Of a stretch of DNA of 64,000 nucleotides, positions 9,343 to 20,909 are shown piece by piece (the first letter of the stretch is position 1; each line of letters starts with the position of its first letter). A program made the translations under genes and the position numbers. This DNA comes from Candidatus Poribacteria bacterium. GTDB lineage: Bacteria > Poribacteria > WGA-4E > WGA-3G. Under the pieces are notes generated by a model. That model was not told where the DNA came from. It made no database searches and saw nothing but the letters and a program-made list of their open reading frames with translations. The stretch lies in NCBI GenBank assembly GCA_964291315.2, contig OZ219750.1, positions 32,001 through 96,000 on the forward strand, written 5' to 3'.

Positions 9343-9857
9343 AATTCCTATGTACAGATTGTGACACGGCGATGAAGTTTAAAAACGTAGCTCGCCCCGA
9401 TCAAGGTTCCGTGACAGCATTCTTTGAATGTCCGGACTGTTTTACAGAGATTGCTATGTTTCTGAATCCGTGGGAGACCCAAATGCTGAAATCATTAGAT
9501 CTCAAGCTTGGTGGTGCTGATGAAGCAGCACAGCCGATGCAGATGATTCGCTCCCAGTTAGGGACAGCAAAAACTGAATCCGTTTCGATAGAAGCAGGTT
9601 CCAATGAAGGCACTGAGGGTGGCAGATGTCCGTTTACTTCTACTATTTCGGATGCTCTTCAGGTGGAATCTGCCCCTGGAGAGCCAACGGGGCCCGTCTG
9701 GAGCGCGGAGGCTTTGGAACGCCTAGAGCGGATCCCCATTTTTGTTCGTCCCATGGCGAAAATGGGGATTGAGAGTTTTGCGAAAGAAAACGGACATGAT
9801 GAAATTACAGGTGAGGTCATGGAGGCCGCACGAGGCAACTTTCCTGTCCAATTCTAA
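9339..9857 (+). CDS. Zn/Fe-ribbon (2x CxxC) plus PCP_red domain protein
   Basis: CTDC...CPDC at the N-terminus, a central CPF, and C-terminal WSAEALERLERIPIFVRPMAK...FAKENG...IT. Confidence 0.8.
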   Translation: MKFLCTDCDTAMKFKNVARPDQGSVTAFFECPDCFTEIAMFLNPWETQMLKSLDLKLGGADEAAQPMQMIRSQLGTAKTESVSIEAGSNEGTEGGRCPFTSTISDALQVESAPGEPTGPVWSAEALERLERIPIFVRPMAKMGIESFAKENGHDEITGEVMEAARGNFPVQF

Positions 9858-10058
9858 TCCAAAATTAACAGCGGTTGTAGGGAAATCAAATCAACTTTTC
9901 CCTACACTGATTTTTCAAATCTTATCCTTCAAATCCTTCAGACCTTTACTAAATCCGAGAGTGCCTCTTTACAAATAATGTTTCGGGTGTTGTCGATAGA
10001 TGACACAAATACCTTTCAGTCTCAACAGCTATCAGAGTAGCGGTGCATACGTTATGAG

Positions 10059-10102
10059 AAATAAAGGGCAATGTGCTAAGTGCATTGCCCTTTATTTTTT
10101 TC
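10059..10102. terminator. Bidirectional intrinsic terminator
   Basis: AAATAAAGGGCAATG-loop-CATTGCCCTTTATTT followed by a T-run; lies between convergent genes. Confidence 0.85.
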
Positions 10103-10158
10103 GATCTATTTGATGCACAACAGCAAGTGGCGTTTTATAGTGCATTCACTGCCAATCG

Positions 10159-11352
10159 CTAATCTCCGATACCCAGTTTGTCGTTAATTTCTTTCTGATA
10201 GCCTTCTAGTTTGCAGTTCTCAATCTCTGCAATTGTCACGGGGCGGCCGAACCACCCGGATTCATACACCGCCATACAGATGGCTTGAGAGCGCATTCCT
10301 TCGATTGCATCCACTTCAGGTTTACTGTCGCTTCGGATTGCATCGGCGAAGTATTTCAATTCGATGGCGACGGTATCTTCGATACCAGCGGGGAAGTAGT
10401 ATTCCTGTTCTGCATCACTAAGACTCTCTGTAAATTCTGTCATTAGGTCGGCGTTAGAAATCGTTTCGCCGCTACGTGGCACTAATCCAAGGTTCCAATC
10501 TAGCGAACCTTCACTGCCGTAGAGAGTATGTTGACGAAAGCTGTGTCCTGGTGCGGAGCCGACCCATGTCCATTGTGCGGTAACGCCTTGTTCAAATTTG
10601 ATAGTAGCAATCATTGCATCTTCAACATCGACGGCGTAGCCGCCCTCTCTTTCTGCTGGGTTGTCGTAACGGAAGGGTTCATAAGCCTTATTAATAGCAT
10701 AAACCTCTTCGGCTTCCATGCCGAGAATGTACCGCATCAGGTCAGTGAAGTGGACTCCACCGTCTAATGCCCACCCGCCTCCTGCGTCCATTTTGAAGTT
10801 GCGCCAGCTCCATTTTCCCAAACCTTCGCCAACTTCTATCCAGAAGAACATTCGTGGGTCCCCGATACGGCCTTGCGCGATTGCCCAGCTTCGCGTGCGC
10901 TGGATGCGTGCTAGCCGATAATTTTCTGCAACGGAGATAATTTTATCGTTTCGGTCTGCAGCTTCCATCATCAATTTGCATGCGCGCATTGTAATACCGA
11001 AGGGCTTTTCAAGGATCACATGCTTTCCGGCATCGAGTGCGGGTACAGCGAGGGTGTGATGTGCACTGTGGAGTGCACAGATGTCAACACAAGTTAGCTC
11101 CGGGTGTTTCCCAAGCATTTCGTCAAGTTCGGTATAGACTGTGGGTTTTATTCCGCCTTGGAATGCGTATGCTTGATGTGCGCGTTCTTCGGCTCGTTCT
11201 TGTGCGATATCGCACGCTGCTACGATTTCGAAGTCTCTCAGGCCTTTAGACCAGAGTTCCTCGTAACCTTTCATGTGTGCGCCGGACATCCCGCCGCATC
11301 CTACTAAACCCATTTTAATTCGTTCTGCCATATCTGCCTCCTTCACTTCCAT
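10159..11352 (-). CDS. Gfo/Idh/MocA oxidoreductase
   Basis: GLVGCGG Rossmann motif, LEKP, DGGVHFTD. Confidence 0.92.
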   Translation of the reverse strand: MEVKEADMAERIKMGLVGCGGMSGAHMKGYEELWSKGLRDFEIVAACDIAQERAEERAHQAYAFQGGIKPTVYTELDEMLGKHPELTCVDICALHSAHHTLAVPALDAGKHVILEKPFGITMRACKLMMEAADRNDKIISVAENYRLARIQRTRSWAIAQGRIGDPRMFFWIEVGEGLGKWSWRNFKMDAGGGWALDGGVHFTDLMRYILGMEAEEVYAINKAYEPFRYDNPAEREGGYAVDVEDAMIATIKFEQGVTAQWTWVGSAPGHSFRQHTLYGSEGSLDWNLGLVPRSGETISNADLMTEFTESLSDAEQEYYFPAGIEDTVAIELKYFADAIRSDSKPEVDAIEGMRSQAICMAVYESGWFGRPVTIAEIENCKLEGYQKEINDKLGIGD

Positions 11353-11404
11353 TGTACACCTATGTTAGACTATGCGAAATTATATGTGATACAGAGAATA
11401 ATTG

Positions 11405-12058
11405 TCAATAATTTTTATTGTTTTTCTCTTTTGCCCATATAGTTGTTAATTTCTCTATAGGGTCAATCGCTTGTGGTTGGCCGCCTTCAATGTCGCTGAC
11501 GTATTCACCTTTGTAAAGGCGAACGTGGTCGAGCCAGACATCTGCTTTTTCTCCCCCCATAATGATACCGGCGCGTGAATTTACATCATCTACTGTCATT
11601 TTGAAGGTAATGAAGAATTCTTTCCATTCTTCAGTTAAACCGATTGCTTTTCTTGCATATTCATTCCATGGGGCTCCTTGATGGAGGATCCGCATTGTAA
11701 TGTTTCTCGGTTTTTCACTTTTTGCCCATAGATTGTAGGTATAGGTGGTGCGTTTTTCGAGGGTAAAAGGTTGCTGATAAAGTTGGATGTGTCCTAGGAT
11801 GCCTCCTGCTTTACTGATTTTGATATAGGCGGCTTTATTTCCTGCGATGGGTTCTGCTTTTTTCCGCTCGGTTTGGAAGGTCGCGGTGGCATCGGCGTGT
11901 GTCCAGTGGTGCCAGCTGTCGAGATTCAGGTCGAAATCACCGTTTTTGAGGATATTTTCGGGGAGTTCGGCAGTGTATCCGAGCGTTACTACTCCAAGCA
12001 GACCTATCAATAAGAGTAAACGACAGCTGTAAATCGGTGTTCGGTGTCTTATGTTCAT
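11405..12058 (-). CDS. Secreted CBM4/9-like carbohydrate-binding protein
   Basis: Signal peptide, NILKNGDFD, WLDHVRL, C-terminal IDPIEKLTTIW motif. Confidence 0.75.
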   Translation of the reverse strand: MNIRHRTPIYSCRLLLLIGLLGVVTLGYTAELPENILKNGDFDLNLDSWHHWTHADATATFQTERKKAEPIAGNKAAYIKISKAGGILGHIQLYQQPFTLEKRTTYTYNLWAKSEKPRNITMRILHQGAPWNEYARKAIGLTEEWKEFFITFKMTVDDVNSRAGIIMGGEKADVWLDHVRLYKGEYVSDIEGGQPQAIDPIEKLTTIWAKEKNNKNY

Positions 12059-12094
12059 CTGTGTTTTCCTTGTTTTTTATGTGTTGTGGTGCGT

Positions 12095-12130
12095 AAAAAA
12101 AGAAAAGGGTAGGTGTTGGGCCTACCCTTT
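12095..12130 (-). terminator. rRNA operon terminator
   Basis: AAAGGGTAGG/CCTACCCTTT stem with a U-tract on the minus strand just after the 5S gene. Confidence 0.85.
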
Positions 12131-12137
12131 AGATGGG

Positions 12138-12256
12138 TTCCCGGCAGCGACCTACTTTCCCGCGGGGTTGCCCCCGAAGTATCATCAGCGCTGAAGGGCT
12201 TAACTACCGTGTTCGGTATGGGGACGGGTGGTTCCCCTTCGCTGTAGCCACCGGAA
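12138..12256 (-). rRNA. rrf: 5S rRNA
   Basis: Conserved 5S sequence (CCGAACACGGTAGTTAAG...AGTAGGTCGCTGCC on the minus strand). Confidence 0.96.
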
Positions 12257-12360
12257 GTATTTTTGCGTGGCTCAGTATCAGTAGTGGTATGTAGTCTGAG
12301 CCGTTACAATAAAATTTGACAATTGCATATGTGTGAGGGATTTGGTAGAATAAAATTAAG

Positions 12361-15335
<2,975 letters not shown>

Positions 15336-15415
15336 GGTGATATTATTCTACCGATTTACCCTCTATATGCAATTGTCAAAGAACAACGCCTATGTGTCTT
15401 TATACATACAGGCGA

Positions 15416-15488
15416 TGGAGATGAGCGGAGTTGAACCGCTGACCTACTGCGTGCAAAGCAGTTGCTCTCCCAGCTGAGCTACACCCCC
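15416..15488 (-). tRNA. tRNA-Ala(UGC), CCA not encoded
   Basis: GGGGGTGTAGCTCAG...anticodon TGC...GTTCAACTCC...CATCTCCA cloverleaf. Confidence 0.95.
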
Positions 15489-15505
15489 GTGCGGTATGTT
15501 TTTTA

Positions 15506-15750
15506 AGTATACCACAACCATCATACGAAAGTCAAATTTATTTTTCAAAATCGCCTAACGGAGGGATCGCGCCTCCCTTTCGTTCCTATTTGAACGATTG
15601 GCGTGTAAGCAAAATTAAGTATACCACAAAAATCTGCCAATGTCAAATTTATTTTCAAAAATTTTACTGACTGCTTAGATTTTTGAACTTAACCTTTGCA
15701 ACGATATTAAGTATACAACATATTTCCGCCAATGTCAAATTTATTTTTTA
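15506..15750 (-). promoter_or_regulatory. Three tandem sigma70 promoters with AT-rich UP elements for the tRNA-23S-5S operon
   Basis: TTGACT-18-TATACT (15506-15535), TTGACA-17-TATACT (15618-15646) and TTGACA-17-TATACT (15710-15738), each preceded by AAAATAAAT. Confidence 0.85.
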
Positions 15751-15816
15751 TTTTTTTCGAATTACGGCACTTTGAACAGAGTAGGCTCTGTTAATTGCGC
15801 AATCAGCTCTTAGTTT

Positions 15817-17010
15817 TCAGTTATCCAGGTCATCAAGAGCCTCGTCAATGCTGGCTTTCAGATCCGCATCCCCAAGTTTATCAGCGATCCCTCGCGCGGT
15901 GTAGAGGTCCTGCATCGCCTCTGTCTCGCGATTTAGGTGTGCCTTCACATTTCCACGGATGTAGTATGCTGTGGCGAAATCAGGTTTTATGTGTATAGCG
16001 GCATCGTAGTCAGCAATAGCAGCAGAATATTCACCCAGCTGACGCTTCACATTTCCACGGAAGAAATATGCGTAGTCGTCGTCGGGTTTTATGCGTATAG
16101 CGGCATCGTAGTCAGCAATAGCAGCAGAATATTCACCCAGATAGTACTTAGCAAGTCCACGGCTGCTGTACGCGTAGCGGTCGTCGGGTTTTATGCGTAT
16201 AGCGGCATCGTAGTCAGCAATAGTAGCAGAATATTCACCCAACTCACGCTTCGCATATGCACGCGAGCGGTATGCGTCAGCGTTATTGGGGTCTATGTGT
16301 ATAGCCATGTTGTAATCATCAACCGCTCCTGCATAGTCTCCTAACTCTTCCTTCTGATTGCCTTGTTCTAAGTACGTCTCCGCGGATATGCCGGAACTGG
16401 CACTTGACAAAGTTCTCACTGGGCCTGCATCTTCAAGGAGCTGCCTGAGGAATTCGGAGGGAATCGCAAAGTTGAGGTTCTGCCCCGCTTCCATTATCCT
16501 GGACGAAACACCGATGACCTCACCACGCGCGTTCACAACCGGGCCTCCGCTACTCCCCGGTGAGATAGGGGCGGTCATCTGGAAATGGGTATCAGCAGCC
16601 CCGCGGCGTATGCTGCTGATAATGCCATCGGAGAACGTGCCTTCTAAACCCTTGGGGTTGCCACACACGTAAATTGTCTCGCCTATTCTCACGTTTTCGC
16701 TGTCTCCAAGCACAAGCTGTTTGACACCGGGCACTGTGATTTTTAGGAGTGCAAGGTCGTTTGCTTCGTCTGTTGCGACGACTCCTTCGATGGGGTGTTT
16801 TTCGGAGATTTCCTGCCCAACTAATTTTGCCGTGCCGAGCACCGTGTCTTGGATGACGTGGTAGTTGGTAGCGATGAGGTTTTGTTGGATGCAGAACCCG
16901 CTGCCGTGTCTGACAGGGGTGCCGGTTGCGTCCTGCATCTCTAGGGAGACGGTGGCAGCGAGGACTTTCTCTGCGATTTCCGGTGTAGTTTGTTCGAAAG
17001 CGGTATTCAT
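15817..17010 (-). CDS. Trypsin-like serine protease with C-terminal TPR repeats
   Basis: ATNYHV, DLALL and PGSSGGP catalytic triad motifs; 4-5 TPRs. Start at ATG 17010 is likely. Confidence 0.9.
   Translation of the reverse strand: MNTAFEQTTPEIAEKVLAATVSLEMQDATGTPVRHGSGFCIQQNLIATNYHVIQDTVLGTAKLVGQEISEKHPIEGVVATDEANDLALLKITVPGVKQLVLGDSENVRIGETIYVCGNPKGLEGTFSDGIISSIRRGAADTHFQMTAPISPGSSGGPVVNARGEVIGVSSRIMEAGQNLNFAIPSEFLRQLLEDAGPVRTLSSASSGISAETYLEQGNQKEELGDYAGAVDDYNMAIHIDPNNADAYRSRAYAKRELGEYSATIADYDAAIRIKPDDRYAYSSRGLAKYYLGEYSAAIADYDAAIRIKPDDDYAYFFRGNVKRQLGEYSAAIADYDAAIHIKPDFATAYYIRGNVKAHLNRETEAMQDLYTARGIADKLGDADLKASIDEALDDLDN
15975..16250. repeat. 102-bp tandem repeat encoding TPR units
   Basis: GTATAGCGGCATCGTAGTCAGCAATAG recurs at about 15993, 16095 and 16197. 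Confidence 0.9.
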
Positions 17011-17055
17011 ACGATTTTTCTGGCGGAACCCTTTTTTAGGCTTCTTATTAGAATT

Positions 17056-17131
17056 GCACAACTTGACAGATTATGCTACAGAAGACAAGCAATTGCAGTT
17101 TATGCTATGAAAGCACAACCTAACAGATTAT
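17056..17131. repeat. REP-like dispersed repeat (three degenerate copies)
   Basis: AACTTGACAGATTATGCTAC-like units, matching copies at about 45900 and 51462-51518. Confidence 0.6.
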
Positions 17132-18609
17132 GATGGGGAACGTCGTGTTCTCTGTCTCCGTCTCTGTTCTGTTAAAATGGGTAGCTTTTGCACTTTTTTG
17201 ATCCATCGCTGTGCTTTGGCGATGTTTGTGTCAAACGGTTCCATCATTTTAAAATATTCCGTATGGCCGGCGTAAATTTGATGCCAGTCGACGATACAAG
17301 GCATTCTATTTTGCGTGAGCGCACGCATCAGAAATGCTCGGACTTTTGCGCGCGTGTCTTGGGGGGCGTTATAGATGGCGTGTTCGATGCGTTCCTCGGT
17401 GATAACCCGTTCCATTTGCCCCTGCTCTTGAAGTGCGTAGTAAAGTCCGCTTTGCATGTCGATGTTATGGTATTCGAGGTCCTGACTTTTAAGCCAGGGG
17501 TCATCCCATTCGATTCCTTGTTCCACACGGAAAGTGTCGAGGAGCCATTTTTTGGCGGCCCAATCGACACGGGAGATAACGTTATGCCAGTGGTCTTCCA
17601 GGTCATCGAGAATGCTTTCCCAGGCGGAGAGTACCCATTGTGTTTCCTCATCTTGTTCGGTGATGACAGATTGGACGAAATGGAGGTATTCTCGCTGTAG
17701 GTCAATTGCTGAAATTGTTTTTCCAGAGCTCAGTGTGATTTTCCATTTAAAGGTTTTGTCGCGCGAGATATATCGAATTGCGCCTACTGGGTCGTAGAGA
17801 TCAAAGCCGGGCAGCGGCAGCTTTTCGCCATGTTCCTCATAAAAAATCTCGATTGCAGAGAGCAGGAGGGCAGTTGTGCCGACTTTGAGGGCGGTTGCGT
17901 GCTCGGACATATTAGAATCTCCGACGAGCAGATGGAGTCGCCGGTATTTTGTGTAATCACTGAGGGGTTCGTCTCTAGTATTGATAATTGATCGGCTGAA
18001 CTGGATCCATTCGTAGACTTCGGTGACGATATGGTCTGCGCGCTGTGAAATTTGATAGTACTGTTGGTCGTCGCTGTTGTTCTGCAAGTCTGTGAACTCA
18101 ACTATTTCATCGTAGGTGCCGACTCTCCCGGTCCCGGCATAAATTTGGCGGGTGACAAAAAATGGCACCAACGTTGGAATGACGACTCGATAGAACGGAA
18201 CTTCTCGCTTGATCTGAAAGTTTTCATGGCAGCCAAAAGTTGCTCCTGTAAAGTGATCTATATTGTTTTTGAAGAAGGCGGTGGGTAGTCCTGTATCGGC
18301 GAGGATGTTGTTGATGACTCGTTCGATAGCTTTGTCGTAAGCGACGAGATCGAAGAGTCCTGTACACTCGGGTGTAGCGTATTCGAGGTGCCCCATATCA
18401 ATATAGAGGCGCCCACCGTTGAAAAGGAATCCGCCGTTTCCGGGCGGTTCGCCCCAGTCGCGATAGTGAATGTCTCGGACTCCGAGTTCCAGTGCATCAA
18501 AGACGTAGTCCCTAACTCGTGCGGCGACTCCTTCAGAGGGGCCGCGTATTTGTTCGGCGCGGGTCAGGCATCCAAATTCAGTTTCGATTCCAAAAATTCT
18601 TTGCTTCAC
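17128..18609 (-). CDS. pafA: Pup/UBact-protein ligase
   Basis: RIFGIETEFG, NGGRLYID, EYATPEC, FGCHENF, NTRDEP and RRLH...GDSN motifs. Confidence 0.92.
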   Translation of the reverse strand: MKQRIFGIETEFGCLTRAEQIRGPSEGVAARVRDYVFDALELGVRDIHYRDWGEPPGNGGFLFNGGRLYIDMGHLEYATPECTGLFDLVAYDKAIERVINNILADTGLPTAFFKNNIDHFTGATFGCHENFQIKREVPFYRVVIPTLVPFFVTRQIYAGTGRVGTYDEIVEFTDLQNNSDDQQYYQISQRADHIVTEVYEWIQFSRSIINTRDEPLSDYTKYRRLHLLVGDSNMSEHATALKVGTTALLLSAIEIFYEEHGEKLPLPGFDLYDPVGAIRYISRDKTFKWKITLSSGKTISAIDLQREYLHFVQSVITEQDEETQWVLSAWESILDDLEDHWHNVISRVDWAAKKWLLDTFRVEQGIEWDDPWLKSQDLEYHNIDMQSGLYYALQEQGQMERVITEERIEHAIYNAPQDTRAKVRAFLMRALTQNRMPCIVDWHQIYAGHTEYFKMMEPFDTNIAKAQRWIKKVQKLPILTEQRRRQRTRRSPS

Positions 18610-18772
18610 AATTTGTACCCATTACAAGGATCTTAATCCCATTTCGCCATTTGCCTAATGAGATTAAGGTGAGGTTGGTGGGTTGTGCTGTGCTTCAGTC
18701 TGTATTTTGTGCGATATTATTTTTGAAGTTACTTCGGCAAGTTGCTTTTCGCGGTGTTGGCGTGCCTATATT

Positions 18773-19543
18773 TCATGGAAGTGCGGTTTCAATTTCTTCG
18801 GCGTTCAGCAATCGGAATTTGCTAGCACCGGCTTGTGTGGCTTCCAAAACCCCTGCTTCGATCTCCCCCTCTTCTCTTGCCATACTAATGATTTCGTGCA
18901 TCTGTTGGGTGTCTATCTGAGTATCTTCAAATTCCATACTCTCAGGTTCGCGCGAGCTTAATTCTTTGCCGACTGCCCAAGTTTCTAACCCTAATCGAAG
19001 TGCATCGGTCAAATCTCTGCCATCATTTAGGGTTGCGGTATCAAGATAATTTTGCATTCCTGTTTCGATGGTTTCGGTTCCGCCAATAACAGAGAAGACT
19101 GCATGGGTTCGGACATTGCCGTCATAGTTGATACAGGTAAACCGGTTTTGTTCTGAAGACTTTCCGAGTTCGGCGAGCAACATTTTAATGATATAGGCTT
19201 CACCCACGATGGATTCAAAAGCCTGCTTGAAGGTATGCGCTAAAACGAAGTTGGTCAATCGGTGTAGATTTACATCTTCGGTAGCGTTCTGGAAGCCTTG
19301 GACGCTGGCGGTATCGGTGACAAGCATCCGAAGTCGTTCAATATCGGCGGGGTGTCCAATTGCAGAGAGTGCAATTCGATCGTGTACCTCAAAAATTTTG
19401 CGTTGTCCTCTGCCGATAGTGAATAGCACCATGCCTTCGTCATAGGTAAGTCCAACAACGGGACTCCCGACACGAAGTTGGTCTTCAATGTAATCTCGCC
19501 TGTCCTGAATGGCTTCTATCCAGCGATAGGGTTCATCTCGCAT
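18773..19543 (-). CDS. prcA: 20S proteasome alpha subunit
   Basis: GSPVVGL, RKIFEVHDRIA and IEAGVLE motifs; position in the locus. Confidence 0.9.
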   Translation of the reverse strand: MRDEPYRWIEAIQDRRDYIEDQLRVGSPVVGLTYDEGMVLFTIGRGQRKIFEVHDRIALSAIGHPADIERLRMLVTDTASVQGFQNATEDVNLHRLTNFVLAHTFKQAFESIVGEAYIIKMLLAELGKSSEQNRFTCINYDGNVRTHAVFSVIGGTETIETGMQNYLDTATLNDGRDLTDALRLGLETWAVGKELSSREPESMEFEDTQIDTQQMHEIISMAREEGEIEAGVLEATQAGASKFRLLNAEEIETALP

Positions 19544-19671
19544 TTCTTAATTATGTGCCTCGCTATGATTGTAAAGATTGGGGCTATATGTTTTAGCACA
19601 ATCTATTGTGCGTTTTCGTTTTGCCAGGGTTGCTGAATGCTCTCCTACGAACTTATTTAGCGTTGTATATT

Positions 19672-20493
19672 TCAGATAGGGTCTGTCTCTGGCTGTGCCG
19701 CGGTGTAACATTCGGTAAGGTTCTCATCGGAGAGTGTTTCGACACCTCTGTGGGTAACGGTTTTGATAGTTGGGAAAATTTGTGCGCGTGCGTTGTACCC
19801 GCTAGTTGCTGCGTCATATTCGCTTGCGGTATCCAAGAGTCGTAAGATAGTGATTGTTGCTTGGCGCTCATCCATTTCTTGCAGCGGGGTTTCGCCGAAC
19901 CGTGATAGGTAGCGTAGGACCCCTCGAATCCAGATAGAACCAGAGCCTGTTGTGGCGAAATTGACGTTTTCAAAGTGTGCCCCGAGTGCGTCATAGAAGA
20001 AAATCTTGCCGCGGTTCTGTGCCTCAGGGGCATCTTGGAGGTAGAAGGCAAAGATCGGAATGACTCCTCCGATTCCTTGGAGTGCCATCGCCAGGTTATC
20101 ACGGATAAGCCGAGAAAGCATTCGGAGTTTGCCTTCGAGACTCAACTCTTGGAGCTGACTACGGCGGAAGTATTGAAACGAATGTTCAAGGATTCTAGCA
20201 ATCTCATAGGCAATGGCTGGTGATCCAGAAATAGCAAGCACGGAATACTTATCAATCTCTAATACTTTCTCGGCGCGATCATAGATAACAGCGGTACCAG
20301 CAGTGGCACGCCGATCGCCAGCAATCATGACCCCATCTCGGTAACGGAGGGCGACGACGGTAGTGCTATGCGCGATCTCTATATCCGCCTGATGCTGTGT
20401 TTCAGGAGTCAAACCTATCTGCAGCGGATAGTTTGCGTGTTGCAAGAGACTCAGAAAGTCTCCTTTATGGTTTATTGCGTTTTTAATTGGCAT
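19672..20493 (-). CDS. prcB: 20S proteasome beta subunit
   Basis: Propeptide followed by HS|TTVVAL, AGDRRATAG and TGSGS. Confidence 0.93.
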   Translation of the reverse strand: MPIKNAINHKGDFLSLLQHANYPLQIGLTPETQHQADIEIAHSTTVVALRYRDGVMIAGDRRATAGTAVIYDRAEKVLEIDKYSVLAISGSPAIAYEIARILEHSFQYFRRSQLQELSLEGKLRMLSRLIRDNLAMALQGIGGVIPIFAFYLQDAPEAQNRGKIFFYDALGAHFENVNFATTGSGSIWIRGVLRYLSRFGETPLQEMDERQATITILRLLDTASEYDAATSGYNARAQIFPTIKTVTHRGVETLSDENLTECYTAAQPETDPI

Positions 20494-20559
20494 CTTGATA
20501 TTAGCGAGGCTGAGAGGGTGGAAGGGAAAAATAGAGATAGACCTTCCACGCCTCGAATT

Positions 20560-20751
20560 TTATTCACCGGTTCTTTGCCGGTAGCGCCGAGATTGATCTT
20601 TGTCAACCCTTCGCATGCGTTTGAGTAGTTCTTGGGTATCGGGTCTGCTGATTTTCTGGCGTTTCGGTCCGTCACTGTCACCATCGTCTGGACCGATTGG
20701 CTTTGTCTCTTTCTGCTTGCGTTCAAGCTGGGAAATCAGTTTAGGGTCCAC
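20560..20751 (-). CDS. ubact: UBact, prokaryotic ubiquitin-like modifier
   Basis: 63-aa low-complexity protein ending LLKRMRRVD...RYRQRTGE, the R[TS]G[EQ] signature; lies between dop and prcB with an AGGAG RBS. Confidence 0.92.
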   Translation of the reverse strand: MDPKLISQLERKQKETKPIGPDDGDSDGPKRQKISRPDTQELLKRMRRVDKDQSRRYRQRTGE

Positions 20752-20909
20752 TTTACATCTCCTTTTTAGTAGTTGGACTTATGCACTAAAAGCCCGGTAG
20801 GTGTAATTTATACCTGGGGTTTTCCGCGGTTGGAAGGTGCCCCGGTCCTGCAGGGATAAATACCTGCCTCATAGCAAAATTTGCATATTGACACAATTTT
20901 GCGTAAGTT

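Noticed and set aside
5093-9857. Chlorophyll biosynthesis (DPOR) genes
   Set aside because: Only the small PCP_red domain is present; there is no BchN/BchB catalytic core or BchL.
9860-10050. Riboswitch in the 3' region of the PCP_red gene
   Set aside because: Only a hairpin (GTAGGGAAA/TTTCCCTAC) and low-complexity AATCCT units; it lies between convergent genes, not in a leader.
15506-15750. Three spaced repeats as a mini CRISPR array
   Set aside because: They are degenerate -35/-10 promoter copies with irregular spacing, and there are no cas genes.
15975-16250. 102-bp repeats as a CRISPR or mobile repeat
   Set aside because: They are exact 34-codon TPR units inside a CDS.
20560-20751. Canonical Pup
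   Set aside because: It lacks the GG[EQ] end and the Pup core; it fits UBact.
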